DNA of 64,000 bases from positions 1 to 64,000 of the IMG/VR virus record IMGVR_UViG_3300011223_000002. One strand, written 5' to 3'. The notes below the pieces were generated by a model. That model was not told where the DNA came from and did not search any database. It saw only the letters and a list, made by a program, of their open reading frames with translations. Origin of the DNA: an uncultured virus (IMG/VR IMGVR_UViG_3300011223_000002). Its lineage: Duplodnaviria > Heunggongvirae > Uroviricota > Caudoviricetes. The translations under genes and the position numbers were made by a program. The first letter of the stretch is position 1; every line of letters begins with the position of its first letter. This document shows, in pieces, positions 29,952 through 39,667 of the stretch.

Positions 29952-30420
29952 TGTTCTTTCCTTTCGAGAAGAGGATATCCATCCAGCGGCGAATAAGAGA
30001 ACGCTTCACTGGGGGAGGGGTGCGTTGGTAAACAGTATGACGATGAGGTGGGCGAGTTTCTTCTGGGAGTACGTCATCAACACCCCAGGTGAACAGAACC
30101 GTTTTGTTAAAGGTGCCTTGCTTCTTCACTGGGAACTTCTTGTAGCGGTGTAGGTAGTTACCGACCTCAACCAGGTCGGAACGTTTAGCGGTGAACAGAC
30201 GATAGTCATTACGCTCAGCACGAACAAGCAACGACTCGTCATAGTAGAACCAGTCGCCAGGTTTATCCTGAGTAATACGGGCGCCCAATAACAAGAGCAC
30301 CTCACGTGAAGCCAGAACTTGTCGATTGGCAATGAACCCAACCATCAAGAACCCAAAGTTGACGATCTTCCCATCTGGGTTGGCGCGGAGTATTTCCTTT
30401 ACCTTGCGTCTTTTGTTCAT
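29938..30420 (-). CDS. Hypothetical basic protein
   Basis: 160 aa, GGGA RBS. Confidence 0.55.
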   Translation of the reverse strand: MNKRRKVKEILRANPDGKIVNFGFLMVGFIANRQVLASREVLLLLGARITQDKPGDWFYYDESLLVRAERNDYRLFTAKRSDLVEVGNYLHRYKKFPVKKQGTFNKTVLFTWGVDDVLPEETRPPHRHTVYQRTPPPVKRSLIRRWMDILFSKGKNNEHA

Positions 30421-30524
30421 GCGTTTCCCAATTGTTTTAGTGGCCTATAGGAATAGGCATAACGCGAAAAAATAAAGCACCCCACCAACCACTACCCAGA
30501 GGTAAATGATTGGTGGGGTTGTTG

Positions 30525-30953
30525 CTACCAGCCCTCGTTTAACTTGAGGTACATTTCTTCAACAGCCTGCTTCTCTTCTTCTAAAGCTACGTACTGTCCG
30601 ATTCTGCAGCGTTCACGGTACTTGTGATGAAGCTCCAATACAGTGGCGGCTCGTCGAATATATGAAGTTAGTAACTCCATGTAGCAGTTGAAACGCTCAG
30701 GAACGCATGGATCATCTTCACTGCTGGCGCGGGTGTAGACGTAAGTCGCCAAACCAGCAAAACGATCACCCAGAATGTCACGACCCAATTCGACAGGTAG
30801 CCTGTAGAGATCCTGATCAAGGTACTCAGGATGACGGTGAAATGCATGACGACATAGGGTGTCGTGGCCCAGGACCGGTACAAACTTTTTGTCGAACCCT
30901 TTCCCTTGTCGCCTGCGTCTCCGGTAGGCATCCAAATCAGTTATTTCGCCCAC
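30525..30953 (-). CDS. Hypothetical protein
   Basis: GTG start with GAGG RBS. Confidence 0.55.
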   Translation of the reverse strand: MGEITDLDAYRRRRRQGKGFDKKFVPVLGHDTLCRHAFHRHPEYLDQDLYRLPVELGRDILGDRFAGLATYVYTRASSEDDPCVPERFNCYMELLTSYIRRAATVLELHHKYRERCRIGQYVALEEEKQAVEEMYLKLNEGW

Positions 30954-31180
30954 ACGCTAACCTCTTTCGATAAACAGTTAGGGAAACGGGCGTAGTAGAG
31001 ATCCCGCAGTTTCTCGAACAGGCTAGCAACTTCCAGCCCTTCCTGGTAAAGGGAAGAAGCTTCCTTTGCATCCGCACACGTGAAGCTCTGAACAATCAGC
31101 TGCTCAGAGCGGGCATAACAGGCTTTGATCTCTGCAATAAGACCGGTGCGTTCACGTGCTTGATTGACATCAATTTCCAT
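30941..31180 (-). CDS. Hypothetical protein
   Basis: 79 aa, GAGG RBS. Confidence 0.55.
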   Translation of the reverse strand: MEIDVNQARERTGLIAEIKACYARSEQLIVQSFTCADAKEASSLYQEGLEVASLFEKLRDLYYARFPNCLSKEVSVWAK

Positions 31181-31259
31181 ATGTGCCTCTTGTAAGGGTG
31201 TAAGGTGTTAAGGGTGTTGTGTTAACACCCCTTATTGCGGTTACTACTTGTGGTCAATT

Positions 31260-32282
31260 TCAAAAGGGAGTTAAGTTACCATGGATAATGGCGTGCCCAG
31301 ACTGTAACGACCCTCGGCGCAGGTCTTTACAGAGACGATAGAAGAACGATCTGGCCCCACTGAAGGTACGGAAATACCGCGTCTGTGCAGGAAAGTCTGG
31401 ACAGTGCACCGCTAAGTGATGCTCGGAGGCCAGAAGTCGAATCTCCACCTCCCCACCAGCAGGAACCTTCGCCACACCTACGACGTACTCGATAACCCCT
31501 TGTTCGATGAAGTTCTGACTGACCTTTCTAGCACGATCAACAAGGAACTCTCGATGATGACGCGCTTTGAACAACTCGGCAAGGCCCAGGATCCGGTCAG
31601 TCGATACGAAGGGGTAAGAAGAGAACGTAGACAATTCCAGTTCCAGTTGTTCTAACGGAATGAGGGGGTTTATGACCTGGAGTAGTCGAACGATACGACT
31701 GAGTTTGCGATCGGTTCTACCTCTCAAATAACTATTCCTGGCAGCCTGGTTAGGAGGCGTGGCTACCTGTTCGGCGCCGCCAGGAACCTCCTGAAGGAGT
31801 ATTTCAGCGTCACTAAGCGTGCCGATTGTGGGCTCAGCGCCAAGGGCGTTAAGACCGTAACTAAGGGGTGGTAGCCCCAGTGGAGCTCTTTCCTTCATTG
31901 TTCGCTGCAGGATGCCCAGAGTATCAACCGCTGGAAGCCTATGACGCCTTTGAACACTGGCCTGAATCCCCGGTTCCATGATATCACTCCAGCCGTAGCT
32001 AGGCCAATGACGCCTTTGAACACTGGCCTGAATCCCCGGTTCCATGATATCACTCCAGCCGTAGCTAGGCCAAGTAGTCTTCCGCTCAACTGCCTGGGAA
32101 GGTTCATCTTTGGTACCTTCAGCTCCAAGCTTGAGCAGTTCAACGACGGTCATGTCTTCGGGGATCTTAAACGCCTTGCTTACTGAAGCCGCGCTGGCCC
32201 TTGAAATAAAGATACGTTCGTGCAACGAAAGTGATCCCACAAGTTGCTTAGCCAACAATAATAGTTGTTCTTTTTCCAGCAT
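31260..32282 (-). CDS. Hypothetical protein with an internal 22-aa duplication
   Basis: 340 aa, AAGGAG RBS. Confidence 0.6.
   Translation of the reverse strand: MLEKEQLLLLAKQLVGSLSLHERIFISRASAASVSKAFKIPEDMTVVELLKLGAEGTKDEPSQAVERKTTWPSYGWSDIMEPGIQASVQRRHWPSYGWSDIMEPGIQASVQRRHRLPAVDTLGILQRTMKERAPLGLPPLSYGLNALGAEPTIGTLSDAEILLQEVPGGAEQVATPPNQAARNSYLRGRTDRKLSRIVRLLQVINPLIPLEQLELELSTFSSYPFVSTDRILGLAELFKARHHREFLVDRARKVSQNFIEQGVIEYVVGVAKVPAGGEVEIRLLASEHHLAVHCPDFPAQTRYFRTFSGARSFFYRLCKDLRRGSLQSGHAIIHGNLTPF
31941..32072. repeat. Perfect 66-bp tandem duplication
   Basis: 31941-32006 is identical to 32007-32072; encodes WPSYGWSDIMEPGIQASVQRRH twice. Confidence 0.95.
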
Positions 32283-32288
32283 TTTTAT

Positions 32289-32570
32289 TCACTCCTTACC
32301 AGTGGGGGAGGCTTCAAGCCGGAAGCTCCCATCTTGTTCAATGATGCAAATGCCCGCTTTCTGTGCCAAACGCCCTGCTTCAATACGAAGCGACGAAGAT
32401 GCAATGATGGCATCTTCACGAGCCTCCACTGTACCCAAATGGGGTGTTGAGGTACGGAGTTCTACAGAACGGTTGAGCATCCTCAGAATACGTCCACGAA
32501 GACGTTCATCAAAGGGTCCCTTTTCACCTTGGGCGGTTTTAAAATCAGCCATGCTGATAACGTTGGCCAT
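32289..32570 (-). CDS. Hypothetical protein
   Basis: 93 aa within the operon. Confidence 0.55.
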   Translation of the reverse strand: MANVISMADFKTAQGEKGPFDERLRGRILRMLNRSVELRTSTPHLGTVEAREDAIIASSSLRIEAGRLAQKAGICIIEQDGSFRLEASPTGKE

Positions 32571-32594
32571 AAATGCACCGTGGAGATCAGTGAG

Positions 32595-32924
32595 TTAATG
32601 AAGCGTTCTCTTTGCTGGAGGTAGGTCCTCTTTCGGAGTCCAGATCCAATGCAGAGTACTGTCAGGGGCTAGGTAAAGCGAGAAGAGGTGATCTTCTTTC
32701 TCACCTCGCCGCATGATCTCAGGATAATCGTAAGTCCTTTCGAACATTGACAAAGCAGTGTCAGCCTTTTCGCCACCGAGCTTAACGACCAGTTGAGCAA
32801 TGATCGCATAACGGAGATCTTTCGAAAGTTCGAACTTGGTAAGGTCAAAACGACCCACTAGAACGAGATCGTCCGTGCTCAGTATTGAGCCAGAGAAGAG
32901 GGGGTTCTTAGTAAGGGTATTCAA
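32595..32924 (-). CDS. Hypothetical protein
   Basis: Likely TTG start at 32924 with GAGGA RBS. Confidence 0.5.
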   Translation of the reverse strand: MNTLTKNPLFSGSILSTDDLVLVGRFDLTKFELSKDLRYAIIAQLVVKLGGEKADTALSMFERTYDYPEIMRRGEKEDHLFSLYLAPDSTLHWIWTPKEDLPPAKRTLH

Positions 32925-32940
32925 GGGGAATCCTCGGCGA

Positions 32941-33162
32941 TCAAATTGACGGGTGGGGTAGGCGTTGTTCTTGCAACTTCTTGATCTGGAGTTCCAGTTT
33001 TTCAGCCTTTCGCTTACCGGCCTCTGCAAGGTCACGGTAGTAACGCCGGTCGTTTGGGTTCACTGACGCTGTTGATCGGCGCTGGTAGGTTCTCATTTCC
33101 TTTACGATCGCAGTCAATTTAGCGTGCAGTCGGTGCAGGGTTCCTGCGGTAGTCCTGTCCAT
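32941..33162 (-). CDS. Small basic coiled-coil early protein
   Basis: 73 aa, GAGG RBS, first gene after promoter motif copy 3. Confidence 0.6.
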   Translation of the reverse strand: MDRTTAGTLHRLHAKLTAIVKEMRTYQRRSTASVNPNDRRYYRDLAEAGKRKAEKLELQIKKLQEQRLPHPSI

Positions 33163-33222
33163 AGTTCAAACCTCAAGAAAAGAAAAAGGGATTGAATAAA
33201 AAAGGTTACTGCTTCTAATCAG

Positions 33223-33240
33223 GTAATGTAGGTTTAAAAA
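33223..33240 (-). promoter_or_regulatory. Phage early-promoter-like motif (copy 3)
   Basis: Minus strand TTTTTAAACCTACATTAC. Confidence 0.7.
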
Positions 33241-33356
33241 CTTCCAAACTTAATCACAGTACCAGTTGTTGCCCATATGTCAATGGTTGAGCCAGTGTAA
33301 TTATATTTCGGCAATTTTATGATCCCTTCCATTAGAGAACAAACGGGTAACGCACT

Positions 33357-33938
33357 ATGGCTACGCCTAATGATCAGCTTTTTCTCAACCGTTTTGTTGA
33401 ATACAACAAGAAGCGTTACAGCAACGAACCCGAATTTGTTGCTCAACTGGACGCTTTGACCTTATCCAACATCCAATTCGTCAACTTCCGTGAGGTTGAC
33501 GTGGGTGGTGGTGTGATTGCGCATTTTTACGACGTGGTTTCTCCAGGTCTTTTGCGCGGTGTGGATCAGCAGTTTCTTCCTGCTGACTACGCCAAGAATG
33601 GTCCTGCATCCCTGGAGAATCCCGAACCGATTTTGGTAGATGACATCACCAGCCAAATCGCCGAAGGTATTTATCTCCTGGGCGAAGACCAAGAAAGTTC
33701 TGTGGGTGCTATCGTGGTGCTGGCAGGAAAAGTTGATGCGGATCACATCAAGTCCATTGTCAAAGAGAAATGTTTCTTTGACTTAAAGGACGACGAAATC
33801 CAAGTCAACGAAGAGCAAACGCTGGTCACCATTGATTCAAGGACGATTGGCGGTGTACTTCAGATCGTCGAAAGCATTTACGACGGCGTCGCTCGTTATA
33901 ACGGAATATTCCGCTATGATGGTGAAATCACCTATTAA
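33357..33938 (+). CDS. Tail/fibre-attachment protein; paralog of 54819-55412
   Basis: First gene of the fibre operon; C-terminal RYNGIFRYDG motif seen in phage tail proteins. Confidence 0.6.
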   Translation: MATPNDQLFLNRFVEYNKKRYSNEPEFVAQLDALTLSNIQFVNFREVDVGGGVIAHFYDVVSPGLLRGVDQQFLPADYAKNGPASLENPEPILVDDITSQIAEGIYLLGEDQESSVGAIVVLAGKVDADHIKSIVKEKCFFDLKDDEIQVNEEQTLVTIDSRTIGGVLQIVESIYDGVARYNGIFRYDGEITY

Positions 33939-33952
33939 GAGGAGTGGTCACG

Positions 33953-36900
33953 ATGGCCATTAAAGAAGACAACGTAACACCTGAAGAACTTCCTGCGATT
34001 CAAGAATCCGCAGAGTGGGTTGAACACCTGCCTGCGTTACTCACCGGCGTTAAAGTCCGCGGCGGTGATAACGGCGAAGGCGCTGCTAACTTCCAAGGAC
34101 GCGTTCTGGATGCACGGGTCCGCTGGCTGAAGCAAGTGGTAGAGGGACTGGCAACTGGTGGGATCATTCTCATCGGCGAACTTCCTGATGAGGATACCCT
34201 GAACGAAGTTGACACCCAGGGTCTCCAAGTCGGCACGGCGTACTTTGTCAATTTCGCCCTGCGTGTTTGGAATGGCACTGCCTGGGGAACCTCGGGTTCA
34301 CTCCGTGGCGAACGGGGCCTCAACCTCTTGGGCGTGTGGCCGGAAATCGTCCCGCTGCCTGAAGTTGAGGAAAACGAAATCGGTGACGCCTATATCTGGA
34401 ACCATGACTTCTGGGTACTGGTCCCTAACCCACTCCGCTGGGAAGCCATGGGGATCCGTGGTCCTGAAGGTGCCTCGGCATACGAGATCTGGGAAAAGAA
34501 AGATGCCAACAAAGGCAAGACTGAAGACCAGTACCTGAAGTCGCTTATCGGTAAAGACAGCTACGAGATCGCGGTTGATCAAGGCTACAAGGGTACCCGT
34601 GCTGAATGGGTCGAATCCCTGCGTGCCAAGAACAACTACGAGTTGTGGTTGCAGACCGGTAAGAAAGGCAGTCTCGAAGACTACCTCGCTACCCTGCAGT
34701 CTACAACCCCTGGCCCCAAAGGCGATAGCATCAAGGGTGACACTGGTGATCCTGGCAAAGACGGTCGTAACCTGAACATCATAGGTACTGTACCGACCCG
34801 TGGTTGGTTGGACGGTATTGCGGATAAAAAGGATCAAGACGCCTATATTGTTTCCGAAAACAACCACCTGTGGATGTACCTTCCCCCGGCAGGTTGGACT
34901 GACCTGGGTCCCTTCAAAGGTACCGATGGTAAGGACGGGAAGAACGGTCGCAACATCACTCTCCTGGGTGCGGTCGAGACGATTGCCGACTTACCTAAAA
35001 CCCCTACCGACCAAGACTGTTATGCAGTAACGGCAGTCAATGCCGTTTACATGTACATCACCAGCCTGGGTTGGACCAATCTGGGGACGTTCAAAGGCGC
35101 TGATGGTAAAGACGGTACCCTGGGTAAAGACGGTACTAATGGTAAAGACGGTAAAGACGGCAAGAACGGGATCAACATTGTCATCACTGGCGCTGTTGAT
35201 ACCTTCAACGATCTGCCGAAGCAACCGGTCGAGCAAGATGTTTATGCCGTGCGTGACGAGAACCGTCTTTACGGGCGTATTGGGGGTTCGTGGGTGTCGC
35301 TGGGGGCCTTCAAGGGCGAGAAAGGCGAGGAAGGTAAACAGGGTGAGCCTGGCGAAAGTATCAAGGGCGATCCGGGTAAGGACGGTAAAGACGGCCGCAA
35401 CATTGTCGTTAAGAACTCCTTGCCAACCGTGGACTACCTGCCGACATCGAACAACCAAGAGCAAGATTGCTACGCGATCAATGACTCGAACGAAGTTTGG
35501 ATGTGGATTGAGGGCGTCTGGAAGCTCCTTGGTAAGTTCAAGGGTCGTGATGGTGTAGACGGTGTTAGCATCATCCTGAAAGGTGCCGTAAGCACTTTCA
35601 ATGACCTGCCAAAGGAGCCTGAGGACCGCGACGTCTATTCCGTCCGTGCCGAGAACGCAATCTACGCCTGGGTTTCGGGCGCCTGGTTGAATCTGGGTAG
35701 CTTCAAAGGTGAGGACGGTAAGGATGGTAAAAACGGCACCAATGGCAAGGACGGCAAGGACGGTGTCAACGGTAAAGCCACCGACATCATCAAGGTCCTG
35801 ACTGAAGAAGACCAAACCCTCCCTCCATTGGACGAGACCACCCTGGGCAAGTCCTACCTCGACCTGGACAGAATCGTCTGGATCAACATCGAGATGGAAT
35901 GGAAGAAGGTAGGTCCTATCGGTGAGCCGGGCAAGACGGGTCCTGCTGGTCCTCCAATGAAGATCCGCGGTACAGTACCCACCCAGGCTGATCTGCCAGA
36001 CCTGGCAAGTACAGCTGAAGGTGATTTGTGGTACGTTGCTGATACCAAGCTCGCCTACGGTGTTGTTGACGGCGAGTGGACCGATCCGATCGACATGATA
36101 GGCCCGGAGGGTAAACAAGGTTTGGAAGGCTTACCAGGGGCGTTGATGCCTATTCTGGGTCTCTACCCTACCTTGGCTGCACTCAAGGCCGAACACCCCA
36201 CCGGTGAGAAGGGCGATGCCTATCTGGTTGTAACGGGTCAAGACAGCCGTAACCTGATTGTCTGGAACAGCAACACCAACCAGTGGCAGGACACCGGCCC
36301 TGCGGGTCTCCCAGGTCCTCGCGGTGCAAGTGGTAAAGACTCCACTGTTCCAGGTCCGCGCGGTGAGAAAGGCAGTCAGTGGTTGATCCTTCCTGAGGAT
36401 CAAGACGAGCCATCGGACACGTTCAACGGTCGTCCAGGTGACTGGGCTGTTACCAAGAACATGCGTGTGTGGTACAAAACTGCAACAGGGTGGATCTTCT
36501 GGAACTACCTGGCCGCCGGCGATGTGAATTCCCCTTTGCGTTCTGAAGGTGTAGTAGCGCGCCTGGGCCCTGACTGGGTCCCGCTGCCGGTTGATGAAGT
36601 GAAAGACCCTGCGGCCGGTAAGGTGTACGGTCGTCGTCAAAAGGCGGATGATGAGGAAGCTACCGAGTGGGTGGAAATCGAATTCCCTGATGTTCTTGTT
36701 AAAGACGGCAAGCAATACTGCCGTATTTGGCTCGAAGGGGAAGACACACCTACCTGGCAGGTGATCGAATTCCCTGAGGGGATGAAAGACCTCACCGGCA
36801 AAGACGGTAAGCAGTACGCTCGTACTTGGGCGGTCGATGGTGCAGCACCTATTTGGAAAGAAATCGAATTCCCGAAAGGTATTGTTGACCTGGTCACTAA

Positions 36901-37444
36901 GGACGACACCAAGCAGTTCGTTCGTGTGTTCAAGAACGGCGCAGACGCTCCGGTATGGCAGGAATTGAAACTCCCAGCAGCGGGTATTGGCGATGTCCAA
37001 AACCCTGAAGCCGGCGAGCTCTATCTGCGAGACCCAAGCAACAGCACCTGGGTGAAGTACGCGAAGTCTCCTTCGGATGGACGGCAGTATGTCCAGAAGA
37101 ATGGCGCCTGGGTTCGCTTCGATCGTTACGACTTGGCAATCAAGACGATCACGGCGACTTACACGGTTGATCCCGAAGTCGAACAGATCATTGCGCTGGA
37201 TAACACCACTGCAACAGCGAAAGTGCTGTCGATCAAAGACTTTGTAGGGACTCGCGCCACCACGGTGGTAATCCGGATCAAAGGACTGACCGGTGTTATC
37301 TCTTACGGCGGCACCAACATCCGTTGGGATACCCGCTTGAACAATGGCAGCCCGCCTGAGCTCAACGCGTACCGCACCACCCTGGTCTTCTTCTGGGATG
37401 GCGAGGTGTGGACGGGTAACGTTTGCACGACCACTAACCAATAA
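33953..37444 (+). CDS. Long tail fibre protein with collagen-like and foldon-like repeats
   Basis: AGGAG RBS; GKDGKDG/GXY runs separating about 11 related ~50-60 aa modules; DGxQYxR..W repeats; C-terminal FFWDG..W domain. Confidence 0.85.
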   Translation: MAIKEDNVTPEELPAIQESAEWVEHLPALLTGVKVRGGDNGEGAANFQGRVLDARVRWLKQVVEGLATGGIILIGELPDEDTLNEVDTQGLQVGTAYFVNFALRVWNGTAWGTSGSLRGERGLNLLGVWPEIVPLPEVEENEIGDAYIWNHDFWVLVPNPLRWEAMGIRGPEGASAYEIWEKKDANKGKTEDQYLKSLIGKDSYEIAVDQGYKGTRAEWVESLRAKNNYELWLQTGKKGSLEDYLATLQSTTPGPKGDSIKGDTGDPGKDGRNLNIIGTVPTRGWLDGIADKKDQDAYIVSENNHLWMYLPPAGWTDLGPFKGTDGKDGKNGRNITLLGAVETIADLPKTPTDQDCYAVTAVNAVYMYITSLGWTNLGTFKGADGKDGTLGKDGTNGKDGKDGKNGINIVITGAVDTFNDLPKQPVEQDVYAVRDENRLYGRIGGSWVSLGAFKGEKGEEGKQGEPGESIKGDPGKDGKDGRNIVVKNSLPTVDYLPTSNNQEQDCYAINDSNEVWMWIEGVWKLLGKFKGRDGVDGVSIILKGAVSTFNDLPKEPEDRDVYSVRAENAIYAWVSGAWLNLGSFKGEDGKDGKNGTNGKDGKDGVNGKATDIIKVLTEEDQTLPPLDETTLGKSYLDLDRIVWINIEMEWKKVGPIGEPGKTGPAGPPMKIRGTVPTQADLPDLASTAEGDLWYVADTKLAYGVVDGEWTDPIDMIGPEGKQGLEGLPGALMPILGLYPTLAALKAEHPTGEKGDAYLVVTGQDSRNLIVWNSNTNQWQDTGPAGLPGPRGASGKDSTVPGPRGEKGSQWLILPEDQDEPSDTFNGRPGDWAVTKNMRVWYKTATGWIFWNYLAAGDVNSPLRSEGVVARLGPDWVPLPVDEVKDPAAGKVYGRRQKADDEEATEWVEIEFPDVLVKDGKQYCRIWLEGEDTPTWQVIEFPEGMKDLTGKDGKQYARTWAVDGAAPIWKEIEFPKGIVDLVTKDDTKQFVRVFKNGADAPVWQELKLPAAGIGDVQNPEAGELYLRDPSNSTWVKYAKSPSDGRQYVQKNGAWVRFDRYDLAIKTITATYTVDPEVEQIIALDNTTATAKVLSIKDFVGTRATTVVIRIKGLTGVISYGGTNIRWDTRLNNGSPPELNAYRTTLVFFWDGEVWTGNVCTTTNQ

Positions 37445-37503
37445 CCAATAACACAGAACGGGGGAGGGATACCCCTCCTCCGTCTGTTACAAGGATTTTT
37501 ATC

Positions 37504-38202
37504 ATGAATGAAGTAGAAGTTGTTGAAACCGTTGCTGATATCGGTGGGTTCCCTGTTGATCGGAACACCCCCCTGGTCGACCTGAAAACCCTTGAATACC
37601 CCATCTACATTCGCGACCTTAACGGTCGTCTGGAAAGCCCGGCGTCGTTCGGCCCTACGGTAAATTCGGAGGTGCTGCGTAGCTTCGGTTACGCACCGGT
37701 AGAAACTACCGCTATCCCTAAGGCGGATGTTGTCGTTGAAGGCGAACCAGAGTTGGTCGACGGTGTTTGGAAACGCACCTGGGTAACGCGCGAGCATACC
37801 CCCGAAGAACGGTCCGCTGAAATCACCAATGAGCTGGATCGGGCGTTGGAAGCTATCGAACGCTTGCGTGAAAGCCAATTCGGCGTAGGCTTCCCGTACC
37901 TGTTCAACAACGGTGAGGTGTATCATGTTCAAGTACGTGATGGTGACCGCGCCAACATTCTCAGCAAGCGCACCCGGGCTAAGGAAGCACTGGAAGAAGG
38001 CCGTAAAGACTACACCGTTGACTTCCAAGTGTATGAAAACGTAGCGGTTACCCTCTCTGCTGAAGAAATGGTAGCGATGAGCAACGAAGCCGACGACCAA
38101 GTAACCAAAGCCTATGGTGTTATCTGGCGCCTGAAAGCGACTGCAAAGAAGGCGACGTCGGTGGAGGAATTCCCAGCACTCCCAGAGACGATATTCGAGT
38201 AA
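37504..38202 (+). CDS. Tail fibre assembly/chaperone protein (DUF4376-like C-terminus)
   Basis: Follows the fibre; SFG..LRSFGYAPV, PELVDGVWKRTW and ENVAVTLSAEEMVAM resemble tail-fibre-associated chaperones. Confidence 0.6.
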   Translation: MNEVEVVETVADIGGFPVDRNTPLVDLKTLEYPIYIRDLNGRLESPASFGPTVNSEVLRSFGYAPVETTAIPKADVVVEGEPELVDGVWKRTWVTREHTPEERSAEITNELDRALEAIERLRESQFGVGFPYLFNNGEVYHVQVRDGDRANILSKRTRAKEALEEGRKDYTVDFQVYENVAVTLSAEEMVAMSNEADDQVTKAYGVIWRLKATAKKATSVEEFPALPETIFE

Positions 38203-38212
38203 CGGAGGATGT

Positions 38213-39142
38213 ATGTTCGAGCTGATGTTGTGCGGAGGCCCGCCACCCCTTCCTCAGCCCGGCATCTTTACCCAGCTCCCCGACATAGCGATCAGCGTCG
38301 GGTCTAATCTAGGGGTTATTGATGTCCCTCTAAATGGGTTTATCTATTTAGAGGGTGGGGCTGCGTTCTACCGGTACAATCCCGCTGATGGATCAGTGTT
38401 TCAGTACAGTGGGACCGCGCTAAGAAACAAAAACCTGTCCTTCAGTTTTTCAACGCTGCTAGCGGACACGGCGAGAAACAGGTTCTATGCACTAGGCAGT
38501 ACAGCGTACGGGATGTATCAGCCGGACAGCTTTAATAGCCCCAAGCAGTTCGTCCCATCTACTAATACCTGGTCGAGTACGGATATACCAGGCAGTGCTG
38601 CTGAATACTTCTTCGGTTACAATGTAGTCGCCGCAAAAATAGACGATGTAATTACTCACTGCGGTGGGTTCCTCCAAAGTGGTGCTTACAGCACTAGGAC
38701 ATGGAACATTAACGTCGCGAGTAAAACCGCCACGAATTACATCTCCAGCCAATCGACAGGTCCCGACAATATCCCAACTGCAGGGAGTAACTTAGGGGGA
38801 ATGCTCTACGTTCTTAACCGAGATGGTAAGATACGTGCATTAATCATGGGAACTAATAACGGCTGGCGGACTACCGTCTATCCGAATTGTCCCTTCGTCC
38901 CAGGAGCGGGCGTACGGGCCGTTAGCTACGGGAACAAAATTTACTTCTACGGTGGCGGCTTGGGTAAACGGTTGCTGAGTTTTTCACCCACCGCCAATAA
39001 CGGTGCGGGCATGTGGGAACAAGTCGCAGTTGGTGGACCTGGTGGCGACTACCCTGGACTATGTTTGAGCGGCTCTCTGCTTTGGATCTTCTTTCGTAAA
39101 CAGGTTTGGACGGCTGAACTGGATCCCGCCAAATGGACCTAA
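38213..39142 (+). CDS. Kelch-like beta-propeller protein, putative fibre-tip adhesin
   Basis: Repeats IYLEGG, ITHCGG, IYFYGG, YNPADG, STNTWS; N-terminus MFELMLCGG. Confidence 0.6.
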   Translation: MFELMLCGGPPPLPQPGIFTQLPDIAISVGSNLGVIDVPLNGFIYLEGGAAFYRYNPADGSVFQYSGTALRNKNLSFSFSTLLADTARNRFYALGSTAYGMYQPDSFNSPKQFVPSTNTWSSTDIPGSAAEYFFGYNVVAAKIDDVITHCGGFLQSGAYSTRTWNINVASKTATNYISSQSTGPDNIPTAGSNLGGMLYVLNRDGKIRALIMGTNNGWRTTVYPNCPFVPGAGVRAVSYGNKIYFYGGGLGKRLLSFSPTANNGAGMWEQVAVGGPGGDYPGLCLSGSLLWIFFRKQVWTAELDPAKWT

Positions 39143-39176
39143 TCTGAAAGTAAACTTCATTAATTTGGAAACAGCC

Positions 39177-39647
39177 ATGAGCACATTTACAAACTTCAGT
39201 GGCGAAGAACAACTGCGGTACAACAGGGTGCTCAGCAAACTCTCTGGCGTACCCCTGTGGGATACCCTCCCTGGGTTCCGCTATTACATCGGACAGAAGG
39301 ATTCCAACCAATGGGTTGACGTCGAGAGCGGCTTTGTCACCGATGGTGCCACTATCCCTCGTTTCCTTTGGTGGCTCCTTCCTCCTATCGAGGAGTACAC
39401 CCAATGCACCTCGTTGCATGACAAGCTGTGCACAACTTACACCATCACCCAGTTGGTGAATGGGGTTGAACAACAGATCCCGGTAACCCGAAAACAAATT
39501 GATGCGATTCTTGAGGAGTCCATGCGGGTTCTTGGTGTTACGCCCTGGAAACGGGTATTCATCATGGCCGGGGTCAATTTGAATCGACTGGTCAGACGCC
39601 CTAATAAACCCAAGCCAGTGTATACACTTCTCAATGGCATGGGGTAA
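39177..39647 (+). CDS. DUF1353-like protein
   Basis: GFVTDGATIPRFLW...LHDKLC...RKQIDAIL..M..LGV pattern. Confidence 0.75.
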   Translation: MSTFTNFSGEEQLRYNRVLSKLSGVPLWDTLPGFRYYIGQKDSNQWVDVESGFVTDGATIPRFLWWLLPPIEEYTQCTSLHDKLCTTYTITQLVNGVEQQIPVTRKQIDAILEESMRVLGVTPWKRVFIMAGVNLNRLVRRPNKPKPVYTLLNGMG

Positions 39648-39667
39648 GCAATGAAAGGAGTCTTACT

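Noticed and set aside
31941..32072. Mini CRISPR array
   Set aside because: Two directly abutting 66-bp copies with no spacer, in frame within a gene, and no cas genes
36131..37441. Long antisense ORFs (also 34991-36118, 3333-4352, 2986-3876, 21449-22252, 56694-57446)
   Set aside because: Shadows of codon-biased genes on the opposite strand, with no RBS or recognisable motifs
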